Shown here in pieces: positions 17,303 to 26,534 of a DNA stretch of 64,000 nucleotides. Position 1 is the first letter of the stretch. Each line of letters begins with the position of its first letter. The position numbers and the translations under genes are program-made. The notes under the pieces were generated by a model. That model saw only the letters and a program-made list of their open reading frames with translations. It searched no databases and was not told the origin of the DNA. The stretch spans positions 5,344,001 through 5,408,000 of the forward strand of contig OZ253580.1 in the NCBI GenBank assembly GCA_965263035.1. Reading direction: 5' to 3'. The DNA is from Acidobacteriota bacterium (lineage in GTDB: Bacteria > Acidobacteriota > UBA6911 > RPQK01 > JAJDTT01).

Positions 17303-19063
17303 TCAGTCACCCAGGACGTTGTTTCGAATGCCGAAGATGTTGTGCGGATCGGTGGCCCGTTTGATCTCTTTCAGGAGCCGAATACCGCGGGAAGAGAGAG
17401 TATGTTTCATGAAATCACTACGGAGTTTTCCGACTCCGTGGTGGTGGGAAATGGACCCGCCCGCGTCGATGATGGACTGGCGTAGCGAGTGCTCGACCTG
17501 GCTGAAGATCGTTTCCGGGTCCCGCACCCCCTTGGCGTAGAAGCCGAACATGAAGTAAATGCAGACTCCCGTGTGGTAGACCTGGGTGATTCGATAGGAG
17601 ACGTAGGGCCGTCCCGGCAGGTCCAGTTCCTGGTGTCTGGCCAGAGCTCCAGCCACGACGGCGTCGCAGACCTGGTGGATGCGGTCCCAGGACACCGAGG
17701 TCTCGAACGTCTCTCCCAGAATGTGGAAATCCGACAGAAAGTCCCGGATGTAGGCGATGGCGAAGGTGAGCCGATAGCCGCGGCGCCCGTTTTCGGCTCC
17801 GCCCGGCAGACCTCCGTACTTCTTGGCCAGCTTGTAGAGGCCGCTCTCCTGAAAGGAGACCTCTTCGTGGGACCCTTCCATGAGGATGGTCGCGGCGGAC
17901 ATCTGATGGGGATCGAATCCCTTGACCTTGAGCAAAAAGAATTTCTTCAGCTTGTCCAACCAAGCCGCCGATCCGGTGGCCCTTGGCTTGAGCGCCTGGC
18001 CGAAACGGAATTGGACGTTGTCCACCAGACGGATGCTGGCAGGTACATAACTGGTTTCAGCCAGGCTCCGAAGGAAGGAAACCCCCTTGGCAAAGTCGGG
18101 AAAGACGAGGGAGCCGTACTTGCGGACCTGGGGCAGGGGATGGATCTTGATGACGGCGCTGGTGATGAGGCCCAGGTTGCCTTCGCTCCCAAAGAAAAGA
18201 TTCTGGGGCTGCATCCCCATGGAGACCCGCGGTGACGCCGTCAGATGCTCAACCCGGCCGGTGGGTGTGATCAGCATCACTTTTTCGACGATATCCTCGA
18301 TGTTGCCGTATCGATTTTTCTTCATGCCGCTGGCATGGGTGGCGATCCATCCGCCGAGAGTCGAGAGTTCGATGCTGTCGGGCTCGTGGCCGGAGACGTA
18401 ACCGGCCTCGCCGAGCCGGCGTTCCAGTTCCTCACCCGTGATTCCCGCCTGGACCAGGGCCCGTTGGTTCTCGCGATCGATCCACTCGACGCGATTCATC
18501 CGGCTCATGTCCACTGAAACGATCATGCGTTTTTCAGAAGCGGGAAGCTTCAGGGCACAACTGACGCTGGTGCCGCCTCCGTAGGGAACGAGGCAGACGT
18601 CGTTGGTCCGGGCCAGTGCCACCAGCATCGCGCAGTCCTTTTCCGCTTCGGGGTAGACGACCATGTCGGCGACGCGGTCGAGCCGGGAGTAGATGACCCG
18701 GAAGACTTCGTCGGCACTGGTCTGGCCGTGACTGTGGACCAGTCTCTCTCGATCGTCGAAGGTGAATTGGTTGGGACGGTAATACGTTGGCAGACGCCGG
18801 CAGAACCGGCCATTTTTAATGGGAGCGGGAACCGGTTTGGGGTTGACCTCCTGACGCTTTTCTTTGAAATCGGGATCGAGTCCCAGGACTTCTCTCACAT
18901 AGGGGAGGAAGTCGTGCATCTTGTATCCGCACAGTTCGTATCGATTACCGGTGAGCATCACGGAGTCGTCGTCGTTGCGGACGAATCGGGTGTCGGCAAA
19001 TCCCCAACGGTGTCCCCAAGTCGGATCGGTGCTCCGGCTGGCCATCACTATTTTCCGTTCCAT
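17303..19063 (-). CDS. Alkyl-dihydroxyacetonephosphate synthase (AGPS)-like FAD-linked enzyme
   Basis: GHEPDS.ELSTLGGW.AT.ASGMKKNRYGNIED, GSEGNLG, PASIRLVDN.QF.FGQALKP, GETFETS, C.YF and SHHHGVGKLR. Confidence 0.9.
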   Translation of the reverse strand: MERKIVMASRSTDPTWGHRWGFADTRFVRNDDDSVMLTGNRYELCGYKMHDFLPYVREVLGLDPDFKEKRQEVNPKPVPAPIKNGRFCRRLPTYYRPNQFTFDDRERLVHSHGQTSADEVFRVIYSRLDRVADMVVYPEAEKDCAMLVALARTNDVCLVPYGGGTSVSCALKLPASEKRMIVSVDMSRMNRVEWIDRENQRALVQAGITGEELERRLGEAGYVSGHEPDSIELSTLGGWIATHASGMKKNRYGNIEDIVEKVMLITPTGRVEHLTASPRVSMGMQPQNLFFGSEGNLGLITSAVIKIHPLPQVRKYGSLVFPDFAKGVSFLRSLAETSYVPASIRLVDNVQFRFGQALKPRATGSAAWLDKLKKFFLLKVKGFDPHQMSAATILMEGSHEEVSFQESGLYKLAKKYGGLPGGAENGRRGYRLTFAIAYIRDFLSDFHILGETFETSVSWDRIHQVCDAVVAGALARHQELDLPGRPYVSYRITQVYHTGVCIYFMFGFYAKGVRDPETIFSQVEHSLRQSIIDAGGSISHHHGVGKLRSDFMKHTLSSRGIRLLKEIKRATDPHNIFGIRNNVLGD

Positions 19064-19257
19064 TCGGTTTGCCCGGTCATTCGCCGAAGGACGCCAGCGG
19101 ATCGGGACGCCGATTCCGGTGTTTCCAAGTGTGATTGTTCACACTGAACGGGTGATGCGCAACTCCGGGCGTGTCGTTTCAGGAGAGACGGCCGGCATTC
19201 CACAGCAAAAACACTGCGACCGTCCGCAAAGCGGCCGGTTTGCCCAGCGCCGTCCGT

Positions 19258-20124
19258 TCAACGGACGAATCGGAACCGAACTTCCCGGCGGGAGTGCGCC
19301 TGCCACCAGGTCTGGAAGTCATCAGAGGGTCGAATCTCCAGGTTGAGGATACGGGCGCGAAGGGTGACTGTCAGCGGGTGCTGATCGAAGGGGTACGGGT
19401 CGATGACGACTCGGAATTCGGCCGCCGGACGGACCCTGAGCGAGACTCGATCGTTCCAGCTCGTGCGCGGAATCTCGCGGAGGGTTCGTTCCTTGTCTCC
19501 GCCGAAGCAGAGGTGGAGCGAGAGGGCGTCGCAGAGTTGCAGAAGGCGGAGGTGGGGGTACAGGTGCCACGGCTCGACGGCGGCGGCCCATTCGGGATCG
19601 CCTTTGATGCGATCCACGAGGAGCTCCTGCAGGACATGTTGTTCGGCAACGAACTGCTTGGCTTCTTCCAGCTCTCCACCGTCGGGTGAAGGCCAATCAG
19701 CAGGGCTGCCGAAGAGCGGGTGGAGGAACTCGGGTGAGTCCTCGGCTTGGACGCGGGGCGCGTGCAGCCAGTAGGCGTGCAAGCTGATGAGTAGCGCGAC
19801 GTAGGGATGGTCGCCCCCGAAGCGGGATACGCCCAGGCTCCAGCGTTGGAGACCGTCGGAATGCCTGAGGCTCATCAGATCCAAAGGGAGGCCGTCGGCG
19901 GGGTCGATCCGAGGGTCGGCCTCCCATTCCCACCAACCGTTGTCGTGCTCGGCGATGGCGAGGACGCTTTCGGCTCGCAGCCGTTCGGGATCGGGACAGG
20001 GTGCGAATCGGCCGGGGCGGGCGAATTCGTCGTTGCCCCAGTGAGCGGCCAGGTAACCGGCGGCGGCGGCGTGGTCGGGCTGCGAGATGCACCACAGTTC
20101 GTCGCCGACCGTGCGTTTCAGCAT
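19258..20124 (-). CDS. DUF3891 family protein
   Basis: ISQPDHA..AG.LA.HW, AIAEHDNGW, YVALLISLH and LQLCDALSL. Confidence 0.75.
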   Translation of the reverse strand: MLKRTVGDELWCISQPDHAAAAGYLAAHWGNDEFARPGRFAPCPDPERLRAESVLAIAEHDNGWWEWEADPRIDPADGLPLDLMSLRHSDGLQRWSLGVSRFGGDHPYVALLISLHAYWLHAPRVQAEDSPEFLHPLFGSPADWPSPDGGELEEAKQFVAEQHVLQELLVDRIKGDPEWAAAVEPWHLYPHLRLLQLCDALSLHLCFGGDKERTLREIPRTSWNDRVSLRVRPAAEFRVVIDPYPFDQHPLTVTLRARILNLEIRPSDDFQTWWQAHSRREVRFRFVR

Positions 20125-20160
20125 GGTTCCTCGGAACGGGTGATTCTCAACTCTGGGGGA

Positions 20161-20364
20161 TCAGGGTCTTGAGAGGCGGCCGGCCTTCCACAGTAGGAAG
20201 GTTGCCGTCGCCAGCAGAAACACGGTCAACAGCAGCTTCACCTCCCACAACGCGTAGGTGTAGTAAAAGGAAGCCAGCAGCAGGACGCCCACCAGTAACA
20301 GGAGCCATCCGCTGTAACGGTATTCGCCACGCAGTTTCCGCCGCTGGTTCTCTCCGGTTTCCAT
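20161..20364 (-). CDS. Small two-TM membrane protein
   Basis: Two hydrophobic segments. The ORF-track extension to 20406 reaches the edge of the repeat. Confidence 0.55.
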   Translation of the reverse strand: METGENQRRKLRGEYRYSGWLLLLVGVLLLASFYYTYALWEVKLLLTVFLLATATFLLWKAGRLSRP

Positions 20365-20408
20365 GTCTCTGGGAGCGTAGCAGCCTGAGGCCCAAGTCTC
20401 CACCACAC

Positions 20409-20568
20409 CAGCCCGTGGCGAAAGTCGTCACGGCATTCGACCGTCCCTGCATCGTGCGCGGACTGCGTTGCTATCGGCTCACATACTCCCGGTGTGCTCC
20501 CTCCGTTGCGCCTTGTCCGGCGGGCGCAGGACCGGTCTCGGTGCTCGCGGGACTTTCACCACGGACTG
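20409..20568 (+). repeat. 160-bp MITE-like/ERIC-like element, full copy 1
   Basis: Terminal inverted repeats CAGCCCGTGGCGAAAGTC / GACTTTCACCACGGACTG. Near-identical to 48692-48850. Confidence 0.9.
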
Positions 20569-20623
20569 GTACAGCCGGCGACGGCAGGTTGGCGCTGGTT
20601 ACCGGAACCAGGATTCCTCGGGG

Positions 20624-21514
20624 TCAGGATCCCGGAACCGGCTGCAGGTTTTCCTTGTCCGTATTGGAAATGAGAAGGCGATGCCGGAGTGAGGCCAGCG
20701 TCCGCTTCATGGACCTTCTGGCGATCGATCTCACGATGGGGGCTACGATCGGTTTGAAGATGACGGGATAGCCGCGGCTCAAGGACAGTGATTCGCACTC
20801 CACCACGACGCCGCCATCGACCTGCTGGTATCTCCAATAGGAATTGAGGCGCCAAAGGAATCCGCGATCCAGTCCGGGAATCTTCTCCCGTTCTTGAGGC
20901 GTGTGGAGTTTCTCCAACTCGGCGATTCGGGTGGCCATGCTACGACTGGAAGCCCGGAACGGGTCGTGCCAGCGGTAGCGGACCAGGTGTTCCGTGTTGT
21001 AGGCGACGGTGACGATCTTCTTGCGGACCAACTTCAGGTAGATGCGCAGAGAGTCCTGGTCCCGGTCCAAGATCCTCGTCTCCAACACGTCCTTCTGTGG
21101 AGGCACTCGGGGGTCCGGATAGCGTAGACGATGAATGACCTGTTCCAGCCGGACGGAGGGGATCAGAATGGTCCCCCGCCAGTGGTGGATCATTCCACCG
21201 GGGACTTTGATGGCTCGCCCCCGGGGATCCTCCGTTTCCATCCGGGAGACCATGACCTGACCCGAATGGACCGATTGCCAAGTCACATTCGCCTCGCTCG
21301 GTCTCCCGAATTCGTGAATGAAGAACCCTTTCTCGGATGCCAGCTCACTCCCGATTCTATCCTCGGTGAGTCGAACGTATCGGTCCCAGGCCAGCAGGGT
21401 TTCGGGTTTCAACTCGGCTCCCTGAACCGGTGAGTCCAAACCCAGGATGGAAACCGTGGCCAGGATCATGGCTGCCTGTGCCAGTCTGCTCTTGATCAAC
21501 GGATTCGGGTTCAT
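20624..21514 (-). CDS. Exported hypothetical protein (possible START/SRPBCC-like fold); paralog of 25066-25890
   Basis: Signal peptide. Shares LKPET, PGG.IH.W and DRGF.WRLN.YW...GG...EC..SLSR with the paralog. Confidence 0.75.
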   Translation of the reverse strand: MNPNPLIKSRLAQAAMILATVSILGLDSPVQGAELKPETLLAWDRYVRLTEDRIGSELASEKGFFIHEFGRPSEANVTWQSVHSGQVMVSRMETEDPRGRAIKVPGGMIHHWRGTILIPSVRLEQVIHRLRYPDPRVPPQKDVLETRILDRDQDSLRIYLKLVRKKIVTVAYNTEHLVRYRWHDPFRASSRSMATRIAELEKLHTPQEREKIPGLDRGFLWRLNSYWRYQQVDGGVVVECESLSLSRGYPVIFKPIVAPIVRSIARRSMKRTLASLRHRLLISNTDKENLQPVPGS

Positions 21515-21515
21515 T

Positions 21516-21926
21516 TCAGTCCTCCTCGGCGGCCTGTTTGAAGACCAGCCAATGGCTGGAAAAGTAGTTCAACGTGGAGCATGAGGCGATGGCCATCAGG
21601 TTGGCCGGAAGGTAGTGCAGATTCAGACCGGCCACCAGGAGCTCCATCAGAAACAGGTTCTGGACGATGGAGACGGTGCCGACCGTCATATTGAATCGTA
21701 GCAACCGGCTCAGAACGCTCGTATCCGCTGTTGCCGTGCGGTCCGACCAGGTCCAACGGTCGTGCCAACAGAAATTGTGAAGCACGGCGATTTCGACCGC
21801 CAGTGCAGTGGCCGGGAGATAGTGCAGGTTCCAGACTCCGCGCAGAAACATAAGCACGGCGATCTGAACCATCACTCCCATCAGACCGACGGTGTTGAAA
21901 CGAGCCCAGCGCATCAAATGTTCCAT
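21516..21926 (-). CDS. GtrA family membrane protein
   Basis: RF..VG, A..LAVE.A..HNF.W...WT and RLLRF; four TM helices. Confidence 0.85.
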   Translation of the reverse strand: MEHLMRWARFNTVGLMGVMVQIAVLMFLRGVWNLHYLPATALAVEIAVLHNFCWHDRWTWSDRTATADTSVLSRLLRFNMTVGTVSIVQNLFLMELLVAGLNLHYLPANLMAIASCSTLNYFSSHWLVFKQAAEED

Positions 21927-21937
21927 CTCAGGTGTCC

Positions 21938-22714
21938 TCAGGTCCGGTCGCGGTGAGATCCGGGGAAAGCCGATCCGATCGGACCAAATCCGGTCGAGGG
22001 GAACCGGGGCAAGCTGATGGGAAGGGACGGCTGCAACCGTGGCCGGGGTTCGGCGCGGTACAGCCTTCGAGTATGTCGGAGGGCCGAGACGGTGAACGTC
22101 AGGGCCAGTCCCAGGATACCGACCAGTCCCCCCACGTCGAAGAGGTTGAAGCTTCCCAGTTCTCCCAGTCCCACCACCGGCTTGTAGATGACGAAAATCG
22201 TACCCGTGGCCAGCAGGAGTCGCAGTTCCGTCGGTCCGACCTTCAGGAAGGAGAGCCGAAAAACGCCCAGGACATGGCTGGCGAGATAGATTTCGGCAGA
22301 GACCAGCAGATACGCGATCAGGAGACCGAGTCCGATGACAGGGCTCATGAATTCGGATGCAGCGAGGCCTCCCAGGAGAAACAGGGTGCCGACCAGATCC
22401 AGGACGTGATCGACGTAATAGCCGTAACGTGGCCGTTGCTGTTTACGGACGCGGGCCAGAGTGCCGTCCAGGCTGTCTCCGAACCAGTTCAGAACCAGGC
22501 CCGCTATGACCAGGACCAAGGCCCGCCGGTCCCAGGACGCCGCCCAGTAGGAGAGGCCCACTCCCAGCATTGCCAGGACTCCCAGCAGGCTCAGATGATC
22601 CGCGTTGACCCAGGCCGGAAGTCGCCGTGCGATCCAGACCAGAAGTCTTTTTTCGGCGGAGGCCAGGATGCTGTCGTGGTGCCGAACGTGTTTGAAACCC
22701 TTTTGTCTCTCCAT
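21938..22714 (-). CDS. CDP-alcohol phosphatidyltransferase family
   Basis: DSLDGTLAR...YGYYVDHVLD motif. GAGGAGG RBS before the ATG at 22714. Confidence 0.9.
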   Translation of the reverse strand: MERQKGFKHVRHHDSILASAEKRLLVWIARRLPAWVNADHLSLLGVLAMLGVGLSYWAASWDRRALVLVIAGLVLNWFGDSLDGTLARVRKQQRPRYGYYVDHVLDLVGTLFLLGGLAASEFMSPVIGLGLLIAYLLVSAEIYLASHVLGVFRLSFLKVGPTELRLLLATGTIFVIYKPVVGLGELGSFNLFDVGGLVGILGLALTFTVSALRHTRRLYRAEPRPRLQPSLPISLPRFPSTGFGPIGSAFPGSHRDRT

Positions 22715-22820
22715 GAAACCTCCTCTTTGGTTTTCGTCAGCAACCAGTGAACTGCCGGGTTGTTCGCCGGCAGTGATTGGGCGCACTGACAGGGAATGTG
22801 AGAAAGGCGGGGGAAAGGGC

Positions 22821-24362
22821 TCAGTCCAGGTGGGAGGATCGGTCGGATGAAGAGGGGGCTGGTGGCATTCCCGGCTTGAAAACGGCGTGCTCGGTGGCCG
22901 GCTCGACCACCAGGAAGACCACCGTGTAACTGATGGCAACCGCAGCCAGGCATCCGGCGAGGAGTTGTTCCTGGGTGACGATCAGGGCGGCTGCGAGGAG
23001 AAGACACAGAGAGAAGAGTCCATCGACCCGTTGTTTCCACCCGCCGACCCGGTCCAGTTCCGCTTCGATGGCGGATCGGTTGAACCGTGCGGTGAACAGG
23101 AGGTGGGTGCGGATGGTGCCGTTGCACAGGGCACATCCCAGCACCAGAAAGAAAAGGACCAGGGGCAATAACTGGACGCCGGGCGGCTGGGAGGCGGCCT
23201 GTTTGAATTCCCAGACCCCGTAGACCATCACGGCGTAAAGTAGGATCACGGCAGATTGGTGGAAGACCCACCAACCACCATGGAGCGATTCACGGGATTC
23301 GAAAGCTTCCTTGGGTTTGCCTCTGATCTCCGATTCCAGGCGCTGCACCTGCTCCAGGAGTTTCCCGGTGGATGGGAAACGGTCGGCGGGATCCTTTTCG
23401 AGACAACGCAAGAGGAGCGGTTCCAGCACGGAAGGCGGTCCGATGGCGTCCGAACGGCCGGGTCTGCTCTCCAGGATCCGGGCCACCGTTGCCAATGGCG
23501 TCTTACCTTCGAACGGATGACGTCCCGTGGCCAGCTCGTACAAGAGCACGCCGAACGAGAAAATGTCGGAGCGGAAGTCGGCTTCCTGACCCTCCAATTG
23601 TTCCGGAGCCATGTAGACGGGGGTTCCCAGAACGGTTCCGGTCTGGGTCAAACGTTGGCTCTGGGAGGGTTCCAGTGTGGGAAGAGCCAAACCGAAGTCG
23701 ACGATCTTCAGATTGCCTTCGACATCCAATAGCACGTTCTCAGGTTTGAGGTCTCGATGAATCACGCCGTTGGAGTGGGCGGCCACCAGACCCCTGCACA
23801 CCTGTATGGCCACCCGCAGGAGTTCGGCGAGGGGAAGAGGCCCCTGGTCGATTCGTGATCTCAGATTCTCTCCTTCGACGTACTCCCCCACAATGAATAG
23901 TCCATCATCGAATTCCTCCAAGGCGTAGACGGCTGCGATGGCGGGATGATTCAGGGAAGCCGCGACCTTGGCCTCACGGCGAAGCCGTCGGCGCTGTTCG
24001 TCATTGCGGCCCACCAGGGGAGAGACGGCCTTGAGAGCCACGGTGCGGTCCAGCCGGGTATCGATGGCACGGTAGACGACGCCCATGCCACCCCGCCCGG
24101 CCTCCCCGAGTATCCGGTACGGGCCCAAAGTGGTCCCCTCCGTCAGGAGACGTCCTGATGCTTCCAGGGAGTCCTCTTGAAACAGGTTCCCGTCGAGGAA
24201 GGTGGTGTTGGGGTCGTGGTGGGACAGGAGCGACAGGACCTCCCGGGTCAGGTCCGTGTCTGGAGAACATGCCCGCCGGACAAATTCCTCACGCGATTCC
24301 GAACCCTGTTCCAAGGCGGCTTGGAAGATCTCCTTGACTCGCCGAAACGTTTTCGGGTTCAC
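22821..24362 (-). CDS. Hanks-type Ser/Thr protein kinase with C-terminal TM helices
   Basis: GRGGMGVVY, VALK, HRDLKPEN, DFG and YMAPE. GTG start overlaps the sigma-factor stop codon. Confidence 0.95.
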   Translation of the reverse strand: MNPKTFRRVKEIFQAALEQGSESREEFVRRACSPDTDLTREVLSLLSHHDPNTTFLDGNLFQEDSLEASGRLLTEGTTLGPYRILGEAGRGGMGVVYRAIDTRLDRTVALKAVSPLVGRNDEQRRRLRREAKVAASLNHPAIAAVYALEEFDDGLFIVGEYVEGENLRSRIDQGPLPLAELLRVAIQVCRGLVAAHSNGVIHRDLKPENVLLDVEGNLKIVDFGLALPTLEPSQSQRLTQTGTVLGTPVYMAPEQLEGQEADFRSDIFSFGVLLYELATGRHPFEGKTPLATVARILESRPGRSDAIGPPSVLEPLLLRCLEKDPADRFPSTGKLLEQVQRLESEIRGKPKEAFESRESLHGGWWVFHQSAVILLYAVMVYGVWEFKQAASQPPGVQLLPLVLFFLVLGCALCNGTIRTHLLFTARFNRSAIEAELDRVGGWKQRVDGLFSLCLLLAAALIVTQEQLLAGCLAAVAISYTVVFLVVEPATEHAVFKPGMPPAPSSSDRSSHLD

Positions 24363-24919
24363 GCGCTCAACTCGCGTCGCAACCAGGCCCTGGAGAGGGC
24401 CCACCAACGTTTGGTGGTGGCGGGTGAGATGCCCATGACCTCGCTGGTTTCGGCCAGGGTCAGACCCCCGAAGAACCTGAGCTCGACCAGTTGGGCCTGC
24501 TTCGGGTCCAACTCGGCAAGAGCCCGGAGCGCCTGGTCCAGCGCCAGGAAATCGATGGATCGAGCGCTCTGGCCCAGGGTCTCGTCGATCAGGGTGACGG
24601 CATGCTGCCCGCCGCCCCGCTTCTGGGCGTTTCTCGCCCGCGCCCGCTCCACCAGAATCTGCCGCATGGAACGGGCCGCGATACCCAACAGGTGGGCTCT
24701 GTCCTTCCAATGCAACCTCTCTTCGCCGAGGAGACGAAGGTACGCTTCGTGGACCAGGGCCGTGGCGCGTAACGTCTGGCGGGCCTCCCGGCGCATGTAC
24801 ATCCCGGCCAGCCCTCTCAATTCCCGGTAGACGACAGGGAAGAGTCGAGCCAGCGCGTGCTCGTTTCCGGACCTGGATTCCCGGATCAGACCCGCCACCA
24901 TCTGGGAATTGTCGGGCAC
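24359..24919 (-). CDS. ECF sigma factor (TIGR02999/STK-associated type)
   Basis: VYRELR, TL.ATALVHEAYLRL, KRGG, VELRFFGGL and W...RAWL. Confidence 0.9.
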   Translation of the reverse strand: MPDNSQMVAGLIRESRSGNEHALARLFPVVYRELRGLAGMYMRREARQTLRATALVHEAYLRLLGEERLHWKDRAHLLGIAARSMRQILVERARARNAQKRGGGQHAVTLIDETLGQSARSIDFLALDQALRALAELDPKQAQLVELRFFGGLTLAETSEVMGISPATTKRWWALSRAWLRRELSA

Positions 24920-25065
24920 GAACTCACTCCTTGCCGCCGGGGAATCGCTTCCCGCGTCGCCCCGCAATACGGCGGCCGACGGCCATCATATCAGCCGCGG
25001 TTCTCATCGCGGTCGCAGGAATGCTCTCCTCGCTCCGTAAAGATTCCCAAGCATCCCTTCTTCTC

Positions 25066-25890
25066 TCACTCCTGACTTCCGATTCCCCTTCCGACCTTGT
25101 CCATCGCCGCCTGACGAGTGCCTCGGAGGGTGTTCCGGAGAGCCTGCTGGGGGACGCTTGACACGAGCGGTTTGAGCATCCATCGGAGCGCAAAGGGAAT
25201 CCTCCGGGAGAGGGACACGGCCCAACACTCGGCGACGATGCCTCCCTCCCTCTGTTCCAGGTGCCAATAGGCGTTCAAGCGCCACATGAAACCTCGGTCG
25301 TTGCCCACCGGCAGTTCTCGCTCCTTCGGCTTTCCCGCATCCTTGACCTCGGCGATTCTGGTGCTGTTCGACACCCCGCGCCAGCGTTTCGGGGACACCT
25401 GCGAATAGACGACTTCGTGCTCCGTGTTGAAGATCACAGTCAGGATCTTCTTCATCCTGAGACGCTGATACCCTCGAATCTTGTCGCCGTCACGTTCCAG
25501 GAGCCTGGAATCCAGAACCTCCGGGTACCATTCCTTGTGGCGTTCGAAATCCTTCAGCACCGAGAGCACGTCGGCGAATGCGGCGCCGGGGATGAATACT
25601 GCCCCCAGCCAGACGTGGATCCTTCCTCCCGGGATTTCAGGGAGATCCTTCAGTTCGTCGATCAGAATCCGTCCGTGCTTCAACGCGGACCAATGTGCAG
25701 GGTCCCGGTCGGACCAGAGGAAGGGCATCTCGCCTCTGAACCGCTTTCCGAAATTGGTCTCCAACTCCCGCACATACTGGTCGTATCCCTGAATGGTCTC
25801 CGGTTTCAGTTGGGCCGCGGCCTGCACCCACCCCCCCATGATCAACAGGAGAGTGGCGGCGGCGTGAATTCCAAGTCGGCTCGAAACCAA
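25066..25890 (-). CDS. Exported hypothetical protein; paralog of 20624-21514
   Basis: Signal peptide (AAAQ) and shared motifs with 20624-21514. Confidence 0.75.
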   Translation of the reverse strand: MVSSRLGIHAAATLLLIMGGWVQAAAQLKPETIQGYDQYVRELETNFGKRFRGEMPFLWSDRDPAHWSALKHGRILIDELKDLPEIPGGRIHVWLGAVFIPGAAFADVLSVLKDFERHKEWYPEVLDSRLLERDGDKIRGYQRLRMKKILTVIFNTEHEVVYSQVSPKRWRGVSNSTRIAEVKDAGKPKERELPVGNDRGFMWRLNAYWHLEQREGGIVAECWAVSLSRRIPFALRWMLKPLVSSVPQQALRNTLRGTRQAAMDKVGRGIGSQE

Positions 25891-26127
25891 GGATTCTCGC
25901 TCCTGAATATTTCCCCGGCCCTTCCCCCGCCGCCGCCGGTGCGTGAGGGATGGGTCGTCCGGGAAAATAGTACGCTATTCTTCCAAATCGGGGATGCACG
26001 ATCGACGTTCGGCGTCGCGTCCATCCGGCTGCTGCAACTCCGGGTCCGCCGTTGGCACACTTCGATGGAGTGTGTGATGATTTCTTGCGGGTTCATGTCG
26101 CATCGGTGCCGGTTGTTCCCCAGCTTT

Positions 26128-26480
26128 GACCTGAAGCAACGATGGCTGTTGGAACGGACACTGGTGATCTGGGGAGGCGATTTCGGCCGGACTCCCATGG
26201 TGGAAAGCAACTTGGCGCTGGGCCGAAAGATGGGCCGGGATCATCATCCCCAGGCTTTGGCGATTTGAATTGCGGGGGGAGGCCTCAAGCTGGGTCAGAC
26301 GATCGCCGCAGCGACGATCCGGGATTCCACATCGTGGAGAATCCCATCCGCGTCCACGACCTTCAGGCCACGATTTTGCACCTCCCGGGGTTCGACCACA
26401 CGGGTTTGACGTTCCGTTTCAAGGGACGCGATTTTCGGCTGACGGACGTGGGAGGAAGAGTGATTCACGATATCCTGGAG
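26128..26480 (+). pseudogene. DUF1501 (sulfatase-like) C-terminal remnant
   Basis: [22 protein letters not shown]...GRDHH, in-frame TGA at 26266-26268, frameshift, then [27 protein letters not shown]. Confidence 0.8.
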
Positions 26481-26534
26481 CGAGCGTCCTTCTTCTCCTT
26501 AGCGCCGCCGAATCTGTCTTGAAGTGAGATCGGT

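Noticed and set aside
22821-24710. Long N-terminal extensions in the ORF track (kinase to 24710; also 21938-22939, 54419-57208, 29205, 27946)
   Set aside because: They overlap real upstream genes. Internal starts with RBS or coupled stop/start fit better.
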